A stretch of DNA of 38,605 nt, taken from contig MU626444.1 in NCBI GenBank assembly GCA_025603075.1, positions 1-38,605 on the forward strand, read 5' to 3'. A program made the translations under genes and the position numbers. The notes beneath the pieces are model-generated. The model ran no database searches, was not told where the DNA came from, and saw only the letters and a program-made list of their open reading frames with translations. Shown one piece after another: positions 23,368 through 34,566 of the stretch. Every line of letters begins with the position of its first letter. The first letter of the stretch is position 1. This DNA is from Neoconidiobolus thromboides FSU 785. Its lineage: Eukaryota; Fungi; Entomophthoromycota.

Positions 23368-24371
23368 ATGCCACAGGATACAACAGGAGTAAAAAGCTTC
23401 TTAAGCGGGGGGATTGGGGGTATGTTTTTAGTTATCTCTGGACATCCATTAGATTTAATTAAAGTCAAACTACAAACAAGTAACCAAAGTTTTTTACAAT
23501 GTTTCCAATCCCAATTCAACTCTGGTATAAAAAGTTTTTATCGTGGAGTAGTCCCCCCATTATTGGGAGTAATGCCCATCATGGCTACCACTTTTTGGGC
23601 TTATGATCTAGGGATTAAAATGCAGAGATGGGGAACAGTAAGTTTAAAGAGCTAACTAATGAGGTTTTAAAGCAAATAATAATAATCGTTTTGATAGAAT
23701 GATACTACAACACCAAGAAGTATCTCAGAGGTAGCAATAGCGGGAGGTTTCTCAGCTCTACCAGCAGTGGTAGTAGTAGCCCCTGGAGAAAGGATAAAAT
23801 GTTTATTGCAAATCTCAGACGCAGGTGGTAAAGACAAAAAAACCATGATACAAGTTATCAAAGATACAATAAAGAGGAAAGGTTTTTTTGGGCTTTATCA
23901 GGGCACTACTATTACACTATTAAGAGATATCCCTGGTTCTATGGCTTATTTTACAATTTATGAAGTGTTAAAGAAAGAGTTGGCTGGAAATGATAAGAAT
24001 AGTATTCTACCTATCATTGTTGCTGGTGGTGTGGCTGGTATGGCTAATTGGGCACTCGCTATGGTAAGAGTTTATAAGTTAGCTCACTTTAACATCCACT
24101 TTACTTATAATTTCTTAGCCCTTTGATGTGTTAAAAAGTCGTATTCAAACCCAAGAAACAAGTTTAGGTATCAAAACCACATTTAATCAATTGGTAAAAG
24201 CAGAAGGTTACAGAGGTTTATATCGCGGTTTAGCGCCTGCTCTTTTAAGAGCTTTTCCTGCTAACGCTGCTTGTTTCCTAGGTACTTTCATAGCTTATTT
24301 TTTTATATTTGTAATTAATAATGTTACTAGGAGTGGAACTATCGTTACAATTAATGAATACATTATTTTAG
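23368..24371 (+). CDS. CRC1: Mitochondrial carnitine/acylcarnitine carrier, SLC25 family (279 aa; exons 23368-23637, 23698-24063, 24119-24281, 24331-24371)
   Basis: Three carrier signatures GHPLDLIKVKLQ, PGERIKCLLQ and PFDVLKSRIQ; RDIPGS and RAFPANAACF are typical of CACT; introns of 60, 55 and 49 nt. Confidence 0.92.
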
Positions 24372-24502
24372 AATATAATTAATTTTAAATTAAGTTTGTA
24401 TAGAATATTATAAAAGTAATAAAGTAATAGAAATGATATATATTTTATTAGTTTAATCACTACCTAATTATTTTTTTACTTTGACTTAAGTGACAATTAA
24501 TA

Positions 24503-26867
24503 TTACTCCATCTCTGAAATTTCGCTTATTTTATTGTTAGACTGCGCTTCTTCATTTAGTTTATCATCTTTATCGTCCTCTTGACTTAATTTTTTAACTT
24601 CTTCATTATCATTCTGGGTATGATTTTCCAATTGATTGTTAACATTGTTTGATTCCATTTCCGATAAACTATCATGATTATTATGATTGTTAATAATATT
24701 TAAAAGGATGGCATTTGTATCATCATGTATACGTTGCTCTTCATTATCATTATTATTTTCTGCCAATCCTTTTAATGTATTTTCAATTTTATTTACTAAT
24801 TCATTTGTATCTTCTTCATTAAAAACTAATTCGTTTCTCTCCATTTCCTCGTTTTTATTTATCTCATCATCGTCGCCCATTTCCTTGTTGTTGTCTTCAA
24901 TTAACCAAGTTCTTGATTTACAAGAATCGATAAAGTTAGTATCTACTACTAACTGAAACTGTCCATCCCTTTTTTCTATCAAGCCTTTATGAAACCAAGT
25001 ATGTAAAGCAGTCTTTGATACTTTAGCGACCTTTGCTAACTCAGTAAACGTACGACACTCGCTTGTATCCAGATTATTGAAGATATTAAAAACCTTTTCT
25101 TTTAACTTTAAGAAATTTTGTTCTTCTTCAGAAACGATATTGACCCCTGGCTGAAAATAGCCATTTACTTTAATAATTTTTTCTTGTCTTACCCAATTAT
25201 ACAAGGTCTTTTTAGGCACATTAGATGCTATTGATAGCTCATCTAAGCTTTTACATACGTTTCCTCCCACTTTGGCAAATGCATGCGTAACATCCCTCTT
25301 TGGTCTTGTAACGTAGGGTTGTCCATAATCGAGATCATCTAAGATAGGTTTGTAAAACTCACCAACTTTATGTAATTTCCCTCGATTATACCAATTCCTT
25401 AATGTTGATTTCGGTACTTCTGTCAATTCAGATAGCTGTTCAAAAGTACTACAATCATGCGAATTTATAATCCCAAAAATCTTTAAAATATCTCTTTTGA
25501 CTTTTAAATCCTTACTTAATTCTTCAAAGTTGATCGCTGGTTTATATACTCCCTCCACTTTAACTATCCTTCCCTTGCAGTACCAATCATAAAGTGTACC
25601 TAATGGCACTTGGGTGGCTTGGGATAATTTTTGAAATGTTTTGCATGCGTTTTTTTCAATTAATGAATAAATCTCTAACATATCTCTCTTTATTAATGGC
25701 GATTCTTCTCGTTTACCTTTGACTTTCTCTCTTAATCTATATACTTTTTGACCTGATTAAATTAGATTAAATAATTAATACTATTGCTTAAGAAATAAAC
25801 ATACCATTATCATCATCTTTATTTACTTCCCCTTCTTCACTATTTTCCTTATTATCCTTATTATCTAACTCTTTTTGTTCATCTTCATCGCCTTTAGACC
25901 TTAAGGCACCACTCTTTTTGACAATTAAGCCCTTGTAAAACCAGTTATAAAGAGTAGCTTTAGGGACCTTAGTAGCTTCGGCTAATTCTTTAAAACTTTT
26001 ACAATTAGCGCTATCAATTTTGGGCAAAATCTCGTTAACATCCCACACCATCTTTTTCTTTTTGACTGATCCAACATTACTTTTATAAACACCATCATCC
26101 AACTTAATCTTATCATTGTCAAAATATCCTTTTAATGTATTTATATCAATCTTTAACAACTCATTCATCTCTTCGTATGTTCTACAATCTTTTTCTTCTA
26201 ACTTACTCAATATCTCTTTTAAACTATCCTCCTCCATTAACTTACCCCTTCTCTTTCCTATACTTAATTGCTTTTCATACTCCTTTTCAATAGCACTCAT
26301 CTTACCCTCATCCTTGCCTTCTTGATACCCCATACTCCCTTCTTCCATTTCATCATCACTTTTATTCTCTTCTTGAGTCCCTTCGCCTTTTTCGATAACT
26401 TCATCATTTTCAATATATCCATTATTGATAGCATGTAAAAACTGAGAAGACAAAAGGTCAAGTTGGTTTTTAATTTCTGTTTGCTGATGGAGTTCTTGAA
26501 ATGCTTCTAGAATTGTTGTGTTTATCTCGTCCTTTTTAGCAGCTAAATTCCTATTCTCTTCATCTACTGGAATTACTTTATTTTCTTCTACTGACAAAGA
26601 GATTGTCTTGGTACTCGTCTCAACAGGTAATAAAGGAGTGACGCCTATTTGTGTATCTATTGCTTGTTGTTGAGCTTTGTCTGAGTCACCTGAGTTATTA
26701 ACTATTAAAGAGTCTTCAGTTAAACCTTTTTCTACTGTAGCTTTATCTTTCTGCTGATCACTGATTTTACCCTCATTTAAGTTCTCATTCAATTGATGTT
26801 CATTTTCAACTTTTTGTTCAATCTCCTTTTTTTCAATTGTGATGGTGTCATCGCTAATATTTTCCAT
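24503..26867 (-). CDS. Protein with six tandem winged-HTH-like repeats and acidic low-complexity ends (~770 aa; exons 26867-25805, 25752-24503)
   Basis: A 52-nt GTATGT...CAG intron (25753-25804) joins the two track ORFs in frame. Six repeats of consensus I.......C.(S/T)F.EL...T.VPK.TLY.W...G.I.K..G.Y. Confidence 0.85.
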
Positions 26868-26954
26868 TTATTTTTTCTTTTTGTCTTGAATAAAAAGAAT
26901 AAATTTTTTTTGTTTGATCCCCCTTTTTGTAATTCAAACCTTATCCTAATCATA

Positions 26955-26995
26955 ATCGCCAATCATTAAAGTTTCATTTGAAAATTTTTGATTGG
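26955..26995. promoter_or_regulatory. Two opposed CCAAT boxes upstream of the HTH-repeat gene
   Basis: GCCAATC (~26958) and GATTGG (~26990), 90-125 bp from the ATG; motif match only. Confidence 0.3.
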
Positions 26996-27257
26996 AAGGT
27001 GAAATGGCTTGGGTACTAAGATTCTTTTTGAAAAGAATTTAAGGTTGAAAATTAAATCTTACAAATTTGACAATTCTATTTCAAATAATTTGCATCAATT
27101 TTTAGAGAAAACTATTTATTTATTTATTTATTATTAAATCTATTTTAATTTGTATGGTTTTGACAAAATTTTATCCTTAAATCAACTATTAAATAGGTCC
27201 CAGCATAATTAAAACAGCTATATCTTAAACACTAATAAATTAGCTTTGAAATAAATA

Positions 27258-27421
27258 CAACTGTTGCAGCTCTTTTGTGGCCGCTTTAGCGGTAGTTTTT
27301 ATAGTTAAGTTGTCTGTACAATTGATCCTTTCAAAACTTAGCCTTTGTATTTTAACTAGTATAACATAAAATATTTTCTTAAACGAGTGGTAGTTAAGTC
27401 GCAAAAGAGCCGCAACAATTG
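27258..27421. mobile_element. MITE family 2 (164 bp), Tc1/mariner-like
   Basis: 24-bp TIRs (27258-27281 / 27398-27421, 20/24 match) flanked by TA on both sides. Confidence 0.7.
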
Positions 27422-27867
27422 TATTTAGACTGAATTAAATTATAGTTATTTTTTGAAAGCATGTTTAGTGATATGATATAGCTGTTCTAGCCCTTTACAC
27501 TTTAATAAAGCTTTTATCAAAGGCCCTTTTTTGGATATAAAATACAGTAACATAGTATTCGAAACAATTTAGTTAACCAAATAAATTACAAAGCAATAGC
27601 GAAATTTAGTATAATAGATTATCTAAATAAAATGAAAGCGTAAAACTTAAATGACTTAAATGGTAGCTATACATTTATTATAAGCTAAATCTTTATTTTT
27701 ATTTTCAAATCTACAACAATCAATTACAAATTAAGTATATTTAAATAGAAGTTACAATGACCATTTGGCTTAATAGAAAAGAAATAATAAATACCACTAT
27801 AAACAATATTGAAAATAAATTCAAAAAGACATTAATTTTTAATAAAAACATAAACAATAAAAAGCAG

Positions 27868-28857
27868 TTAACTACTTGAAAGCTCAGTCCCAGTTACTAA
27901 ATCCTTACTTGAGGAATACTGGAAGCTAGCAGTGGTCTGATAATGCTCATAGTCACCACCTTCTCCCCTGAACAAACTTATTATTCTTTTCCTAGAATCT
28001 GGGTGCAAAGTGATAACAAACAATGGATTTAATATCGTTTCACTAAATAATAAAAACAAACAGATACAATCTACTACATACGATCTTTCATAATCATCTA
28101 TAGCTTCAATGACTAAAACTATAAATTCCGGTAATAAACTGCACATATAAAGTAATGTAAAAACAAACAAAAAAGCGATATGTTTTGATTTATAAAATGC
28201 TACACTTTTACTGAAGCTACCCGAAGAGGCTCTCAATCTTTGATTCGTTTCAAAATAATGTAATGAAATCAACCCATAAAATAACGGGATAGAAAATACA
28301 ATTGGATAGATAATAATAAACATAATTGTAACATAAATTGTATGCTCCATTGAAACATGTGTTTCTGTAGTAGAAATACACAGCAAGCCAGAAGGCAAAA
28401 GCCTTGATACACCCTTAATTTTGGTAATAATAAATATGACCACAGTAACTAATACAATCACTAAAGATATAAAATTGGTTTTTACGTTGCTTATGGTATA
28501 TGATTTAACAATTGCTAGATAACGAACTACAGATAATTGGGCAGTCAAGGCCATGGCTGATATTGCTGTGCCATTATATAATATGGAACTTAAAGAGCAG
28601 TAAGCACTCTCTTGAAATTCAATTGGTGTTGTGGACAAACTCCATTTGGCTATTTGAGTAACATCTAAGGATAAAGCTACTAAGATATCAAAGACAGCTA
28701 TCCAAGTTATTAAATATGCATCCACCGCTTTTCCTCGTGTATTTTCAATATTGACTATATATAGAACTAACAAATTTAATATAATTGAAAAAATACTGTA
28801 GATAAACATAAATATCTCGAAGGGTTGTGAGTAAGCGACTTCTTTTGGGATGTACAT
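27868..28857 (-). CDS. Class A-like 7TM receptor, 329 aa, intronless (subfamily B)
   Basis: LN, FD, YC, VRY, PSGLLC, LPEF and SETILNPLFV motifs. Confidence 0.9.
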   Translation of the reverse strand: MYIPKEVAYSQPFEIFMFIYSIFSIILNLLVLYIVNIENTRGKAVDAYLITWIAVFDILVALSLDVTQIAKWSLSTTPIEFQESAYCSLSSILYNGTAISAMALTAQLSVVRYLAIVKSYTISNVKTNFISLVIVLVTVVIFIITKIKGVSRLLPSGLLCISTTETHVSMEHTIYVTIMFIIIYPIVFSIPLFYGLISLHYFETNQRLRASSGSFSKSVAFYKSKHIAFLFVFTLLYMCSLLPEFIVLVIEAIDDYERSYVVDCICLFLLFSETILNPLFVITLHPDSRKRIISLFRGEGGDYEHYQTTASFQYSSSKDLVTGTELSSS

Positions 28858-29376
28858 GTTGGAATTTTTTAATGTTGGAAATTATAAAGATTAAAATAAT
28901 TCAATTTTAAATATGATTTGTTTCATTTATAGGCTTTCTTATGGTTTATTTTTTAAACCTTTCTCATGGTTTATTATCGCGAATTATAAGTTTTTCGGTG
29001 AACTAAATTTCTGAATCTATTTTTTAGCTTATTAGTTTCTAATATTTTCATTTAAAATCACTTTTTTAACCTATCATACAGCTTTCTTTGAGCTTTTCAT
29101 TGGCTATAGACTTGAAGTTTGAATGTTGATAGAACTAAATAATAATTACATTAAAATCTGCATAATTTATAATTTAAGTGCATGAGTTATTATTGAAAAT
29201 ATTATTTTAAATCACTTATTTTATATCTATTTTGTTTGATATTAAGCAACCTCTCGTTTTCTCTCCTTAATGTATTATAATATGGTGTAATAGCTGGATA
29301 ATTAAAAGAATTTACTATTTAATAAGAAAAGTATAATACTGTAGTTTAAAAATCTTTAAAATCCTTTGATAATAAA

Positions 29377-29521
29377 CATTAGGGAGGTCTCAGGCAGCTA
29401 CTCCCAAAACTTCATTTATTTAGTAAAACGCGATATATCATTTTTAGACAAAGTAAACAACTTTTCGTATTTTACTAAATAAGCCAAGTCTTGCGAGTAG
29501 TCACTTGCGATCCTCCTAATG
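29377..29521. mobile_element. Foldback/MITE family 3 (~145 bp)
   Basis: Ungapped 57-bp arms (29377-29433 / 29465-29521, 42/57 match, including a perfect 13-bp block); ends TA-GGGAGG...CCTCC-TA. Confidence 0.6.
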
Positions 29522-30847
29522 AATGTAGTATTTTACTTTTCATATATGAGAAATAGGGTTGTTAGTTTATGTTCTATAAATGTTGAAATTTATGATCATA
29601 TTTATAAAATTAGAATTTAAGGTGCAAGAATTTTAGTTGTAATTCTACTTTATAAGTCTTTGTTATATTGTATGCTTTAGAGGTTCTATTTATATCTACA
29701 TATCTTATTCCGATTTTCATTTGTACATCATATCTTGATATAACTTGGTATTTATATTACTGAATTCAACAAAATCCAAGTTTTTCAAATGATTTTGTGA
29801 AATTTTAACTTGTACTAAAATTAATGATTTAATTATACCAGGTAAAATTCAATTATTACTTATATCATAGATAAAATTGAATACACAAGTATTTGTGATT
29901 TCGTCTATTTTTTAAGCCTTTGTTGTCAAAACCGCCAGAGAGCTACCTGAGTTTTAATCTCTTGTCAAATGCTCATTTAAATTATATCAATAAACTTTTG
30001 TTAAGTTTTAATAAATTAAATAAATAGTTAAAAGAAACTTTAATCCAAAATAACATGTCTTATACAACATTAAAATTAATCTAAAGTTTTTCACTATTTA
30101 TAGGTTAGTCGTCAATTTAAAGGTTAAGGATTTTAAAAAAATAAATGAGGCTTTATATGAAAACTTCACAGCATTTTGATTCTCTATTAATGCCTGAAGC
30201 TAATTGATTCAACCATTGTTAGCTATTGCTATAGCTATGGTTTAAAAGATTAAATATGAGGTAGTGTAAAAACCCCCTAATCGTATACACAATCAGAAGT
30301 TTTGAGTATCAATTTCTGTTACATGGTTTGAAATACGCTCTTACTCAAAAATAATTTTGTAATTACGCACCTGAGGCAGTATTCATCTGTAAAAGCAACA
30401 AAAAATATTTAAGAGTGTTTAGGGGATTGAATGAAGTAATGGTACTTAATCCAAAATTAATGATCTTTTAGCATAAATTTTTATATTGAATGAATGTTTG
30501 AGTATTCAATGGAGCCTGGAAACCCTACATTGTAAATCGAATCCCAATCCTTGTTTTCATGTTCTTTATTTAAGCATTGAAAATGCATAAAGTTTTTTGC
30601 TTTATTTGCCTGACTTATCCCTGGCTTACCTCTACTTCACTTCCCTCTCGCCCTAACAGCTAAATATTTCACTTAAATCTATAAAGCACTTAGGAGTTTT
30701 TTACTCTTATGAAATTTTAAAAAAATCATGTAATGAAATAAAATAAATTGGTAACTATAAATAAACATTTAAAAATAAATTATTTATTAAATTCCGAACA
30801 AGAATAGAAAATTGCTGGAAGTGCTATATCATTTACCAAACCTTTAC

Positions 30848-31795
30848 TCATGGATACTGGAATCTAGTAGCGGTTTGATAATAATTGTACTCATCTCTTT
30901 CCCCTTTGAACAAACTCACTATTTTTCTTCTAGAGTCTGGATGTAAAGTGATAACAAACAATGGGTTTAATACAGTTTCACTAAATAACAAAAACAGCAA
31001 AACATAATCCATCATGTAAGATCTTTCATATTTGATTATAACTTGAATCATTAAAACTATAAATTCTGGTAATAAAGAGCATATATACAGTGCCGTAAAA
31101 AGAGCTAAAAATGCTACATGTTTTGACTTATAAAACGCTACTCTTTTTCTAAGACTACCTGATTGCTCCTTAAACCTTTGATTCGATTTATAATAATAGA
31201 TTGATATTAATCCATAAAAAATAGGAATACAGAATACAATAGGAAAAATAATGGTAAACATAACTGTAGCATAGATAGTGCGTTCTAAAGAATTATTGCT
31301 TTTAGTTATAACTATACATAACAAACCAGAAGGCATAAGTCTCGATATTCCTCTAACCTTATTAATAATAAAGATGGCCATTATTGATGATGCAATTAGT
31401 AAAGAAACAAGATTACTTTTTACATTACTTATTGAGTATGACTTAACAATAGTTAGGTATCGAACTATAGATAACTGGGCGGTTAAAGCTATGGCTATTA
31501 TTGCTGTGCCATTAAATACGACAGAACTTAAAGAGCAATAAACACTTTCTTCAAATTCGATTGAGGTTATAGATAAACTCCATTTGGCTATTTGAGTAAT
31601 GTCTAAGGATAAAGCTACTAAGATATCAAAGGCAGCTATCCAGGTTATGAGATAGACATCTACAGTTTTTTCTTGCGTGCTTTTAATATTGACTACATAA
31701 AGGACCAGTAAGTTTAATAGGATAGAGAAAATCGAGTATACAAATATTATTATTTCAAATGAAAGGGTTGTATCATATTCTTTTAGGACATACAT
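30848..31795 (-). CDS. Class A-like 7TM receptor, 315 aa, intronless (subfamily B)
   Basis: Tandem paralog of 27868-28857 with the same motifs. Confidence 0.9.
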   Translation of the reverse strand: MYVLKEYDTTLSFEIIIFVYSIFSILLNLLVLYVVNIKSTQEKTVDVYLITWIAAFDILVALSLDITQIAKWSLSITSIEFEESVYCSLSSVVFNGTAIIAIALTAQLSIVRYLTIVKSYSISNVKSNLVSLLIASSIMAIFIINKVRGISRLMPSGLLCIVITKSNNSLERTIYATVMFTIIFPIVFCIPIFYGLISIYYYKSNQRFKEQSGSLRKRVAFYKSKHVAFLALFTALYICSLLPEFIVLMIQVIIKYERSYMMDYVLLFLLFSETVLNPLFVITLHPDSRRKIVSLFKGERDEYNYYQTATRFQYP

Positions 31796-33380
31796 AATAT
31801 TGATTTTTATAAGAAATTAGATTTAAAAAAATAATGCTCTAAAAAATACTTCAGGTGAATTTATAATACTTTTGATTATTATTCATATTAATTTTTTTGG
31901 TAAATGGAATGATTTTGAGTCTATTTTTTAAATTTTAAATTTTAAATTTCTAATTAAAATTGCTTGTTTTAACCTATCATAAACTTATGTCTTATATTTA
32001 TATTGACTATGAATGGTGTTTTAAAAGTGTTATTTAACCTAAATAAAGTTTACCAAAGTTTGCATAAATTATAGCTTAAGTACATGGACTATCATTAAAA
32101 ATACCGTTTCAGGCCACTTAAAATTTAATCATATTGTATCTTGTATATCCTCTTATTTTAAATTCTTAATAAATTGTAATATACGATAATAGTTGAACAA
32201 TTAAGACTATCGATTAATTTATAAAAAGACATAACATTGTAATCCAAAAACCTTGAATTTATTCAATAGTAGCTGTGATATTTTTTTCACATATATAAAA
32301 ACAAGGCTGTTATTGCTTGATATAATGAATTGCCTGGACCATTATTCAATTTTCAGAAAATAAATAGAATAGGGAATGTTATGCCTCTGATTATCTCTGT
32401 TCTCTACTTTTAACATTTGTACTTAACAATTAACTACTTGATGGCTTTGACCCTTACAATTTAAATAAAGTAGAATTATTACTTTATGAAACGTAAACAA
32501 GAAATCAAATTTGTGACTAATTATATTCCGAACCTAATTTGAACATATTTTTTTGATTGTTTTTCTGTTAATTAAGGGTAAAGTAACTATATTGTATTGT
32601 AAGTCCTGTTTAACCTCAGAAGTTTCTTTTACTGTTTTTTTATCCACTATATCACTTAATAGCACTATTTGCTATACCAATCAATTCAATCGAAATCAAG
32701 TTTTTTTTTAAGAAGATTATAAAATCCTTTATGATAGAAGTAAAATTAGAGGCAAAGTACATTATTTTGTTGTATTGACAAGAAACTATAAACAAAAATA
32801 TTTAGAACTTTACTTTTGTTCTAAACTTTGCTATTAAGGTCCATTAAAAAGCTGCTGTAGTCTTGATTTTTTATTAAATGTCTACTTATATTACATTAAT
32901 ATACATCGGATTTTTAATCAAATTAAACTTCACTGCTATCAGGACTGATTTTTTATTCCTAAGACCTTTTGGCATTTATAGCTCAATTAATTTTGATTTC
33001 AGTCTTTTTAAAGTAGCTAGATTTTTCTGTCCGAATCCGTAGAAGTCCAATCTGTACTTAAATATCCTCCTGGAGCTACAGAATTCTATTTCACATCTTT
33101 GTTTCTCATCTTTACTTTTCTCCTACTGTCAAATCATTTTCTACTAAAGTATTTATAAGTTTACTCTTAATTTTCTTGAAAAAAGTTGGTCAACTGAATA
33201 AAATAAAAATAAAATAAAAATAAAATAAAAATAAGCAGACATTGTAGCATATGAATCTTATAAAAAACATTTTCATTAAAGCTTAAACAAAAAACTCTAA
33301 CTCAATGAAGGGCGCTATACTATTTGCCAAGTCCTTACTCAAGTAAAGTTCACAACCAAAGGTGATTTGATAAAAGCTAT

Positions 33381-33478
33381 GTGGCTGTTTTTTTTGGTTT
33401 CATTATTTTTCCCTTTTTTAAGCACTATTTGAGTGGGAAAACTGTTAGTAAAATTCTTAAACAAAAAAATACATCCCC
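33381..33478 (-). mobile_element. MITE family 1, full copy inside the GPCR pseudogene
   Basis: GTGGCTGTTTTTTT...AAAAAAATACATCCCC; flanks CTAT/GTAT. Confidence 0.88.
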
Positions 33479-34024
33479 GTATCCTCTTTTCTTTCCAAAG
33501 AGTCTGTTTGTTTTATAGAATCCACATCTAAAGCTAATACAAACAATGGCTTGAATTTTGTTCCATTGTGAAATAAAAATGGTAAAACAAATATATTTCA
33601 TAAGATTATTCTTACTCATTCGTCGCTTCGATGACTAAAAATATTAACTTCTGGAGTCTAAAAGATATATTTAAATGAAAAAAAAGCCAAAAAAGTAATA
33701 TGGTTTGATTTATAAGGTACTATTGCTTTTATAAGCCTTTGTAAATTCCCCCTAAAGTTTTGATTGTTTTAAAGTAGTATATTGGCATCATCTCATAAAA
33801 TACTATGAGAAGCATGAATGTAACATAAAGCGTATGTTCTATGGGAGCGTAACCTTTAGTATTGGATGTATACATCAATCATGTAAGCATTAATTGTAAT
33901 ACTATTTTAATTTTAATAGCACCAGAGGTAATCTTAGCTAATAGTATAATTGATAAATAAAAATCTGCTTTTTTGTCTATTGTTGGTATAAGATTTAATA
34001 ATAGTTATGTAACAAAATATCTAT

Positions 34025-34117
34025 AGGATGTTTTTTTGGTTTCACTACTTTCCGTTTTTTGAGCGCTATTTGAGCGGAAAGGTTGTTAGTAAAATTCTTA
34101 AATAAAAATACATCACC
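34025..34117 (-). mobile_element. MITE family 1, full copy inside the GPCR pseudogene
   Basis: AGGATGTTTTTTT...AAAAATACATCACC; flanks CTAT/ATAT. Confidence 0.88.
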
Positions 34118-34249
34118 ATATAATCGTGTATAAATTGTAAGTTTGATCGTTTCCATAGAACCAAACGATACTTGGATTAAAGTTGTATTGTTTTTGTTTT
34201 AATATATATACTTTTATCGATGATTTTCTACAGATCTGTTTTAATATAT

Positions 34250-34347
34250 AGGGATGTAATTTTTTGCTTAAAATTTTACTAGCAATTTTTCCGCCCAAAT
34301 AGCGCTTGAAAAATGGAAAAAGTAATCAAACTAAAAAAAACATCCCC
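34250..34347 (+). mobile_element. MITE family 1, full copy
   Basis: AGGGATGTAATTTTT...AAAAAAAACATCCCC; flanks ATAT/ATAA. Confidence 0.88.
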
Positions 34348-34469
34348 ATAAAGTTTTATACTGAATATGTTTTTATTTATCTTTCTTATATAATATGAAT
34401 TGGTTTAGACTCGAGGTTTAATTTCTAGTTTTGATTCCTTGTAGAGACTAGAAATTAAGCATAAATAAT

Positions 34470-34566
34470 AGGTGGTATCTCTTTTGGTTTCATTATTCTT
34501 TCCAGCTTTAAACTTTGTTGAGTGAAAAAACGTTAGTAGATCCCTTGAATAAAAAGAGACTATCTT
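34470..34566 (-). mobile_element. MITE family 1, old degenerate copy
   Basis: TTTTGGTTTCATTATTCTTTCC...TTGAGTGAAAAAACGTTAGTA pattern; termini decayed. Confidence 0.6.

Larger units (their letters stand above)
33290..34200 (-). pseudogene. 7TM receptor pseudogene (subfamily B) interrupted by two MITE-1 insertions
   Basis: Segments CYITIIKSY, PIEHTLYVTFML, YKSNHITFL, LVIEA, KPLFVLAL and YQITFG...SKDL are in paralog order, with frameshifts and stops. Not in the ORF track. Confidence 0.82.

Noticed and set aside
9156-31541. Short track ORFs antisense to real genes (9156, 9477, 11067, 15083, 22346, 23667, 24687, 26116, 31278) or in alternate frames (11283, 11505, 23259)
   Set aside because: Shadows of genuine coding sequence with no independent protein features.
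32860-33060. Possible LINE endonuclease relic on the minus strand (INAKGLRNKK)
   Set aside because: One short motif amid many stops; too degenerate to support without an HMM search.
2099-33235. (AAT)n run at ~2099-2122 and TAAAATAAAAA repeats at ~33200-33235
   Set aside because: Ordinary microsatellites expected in very AT-rich DNA.
34418-34458. 12-bp perfect hairpin TTAATTTCTAGT/ACTAGAAATTAA
   Set aside because: Short and AT-rich, single instance; could arise by chance.
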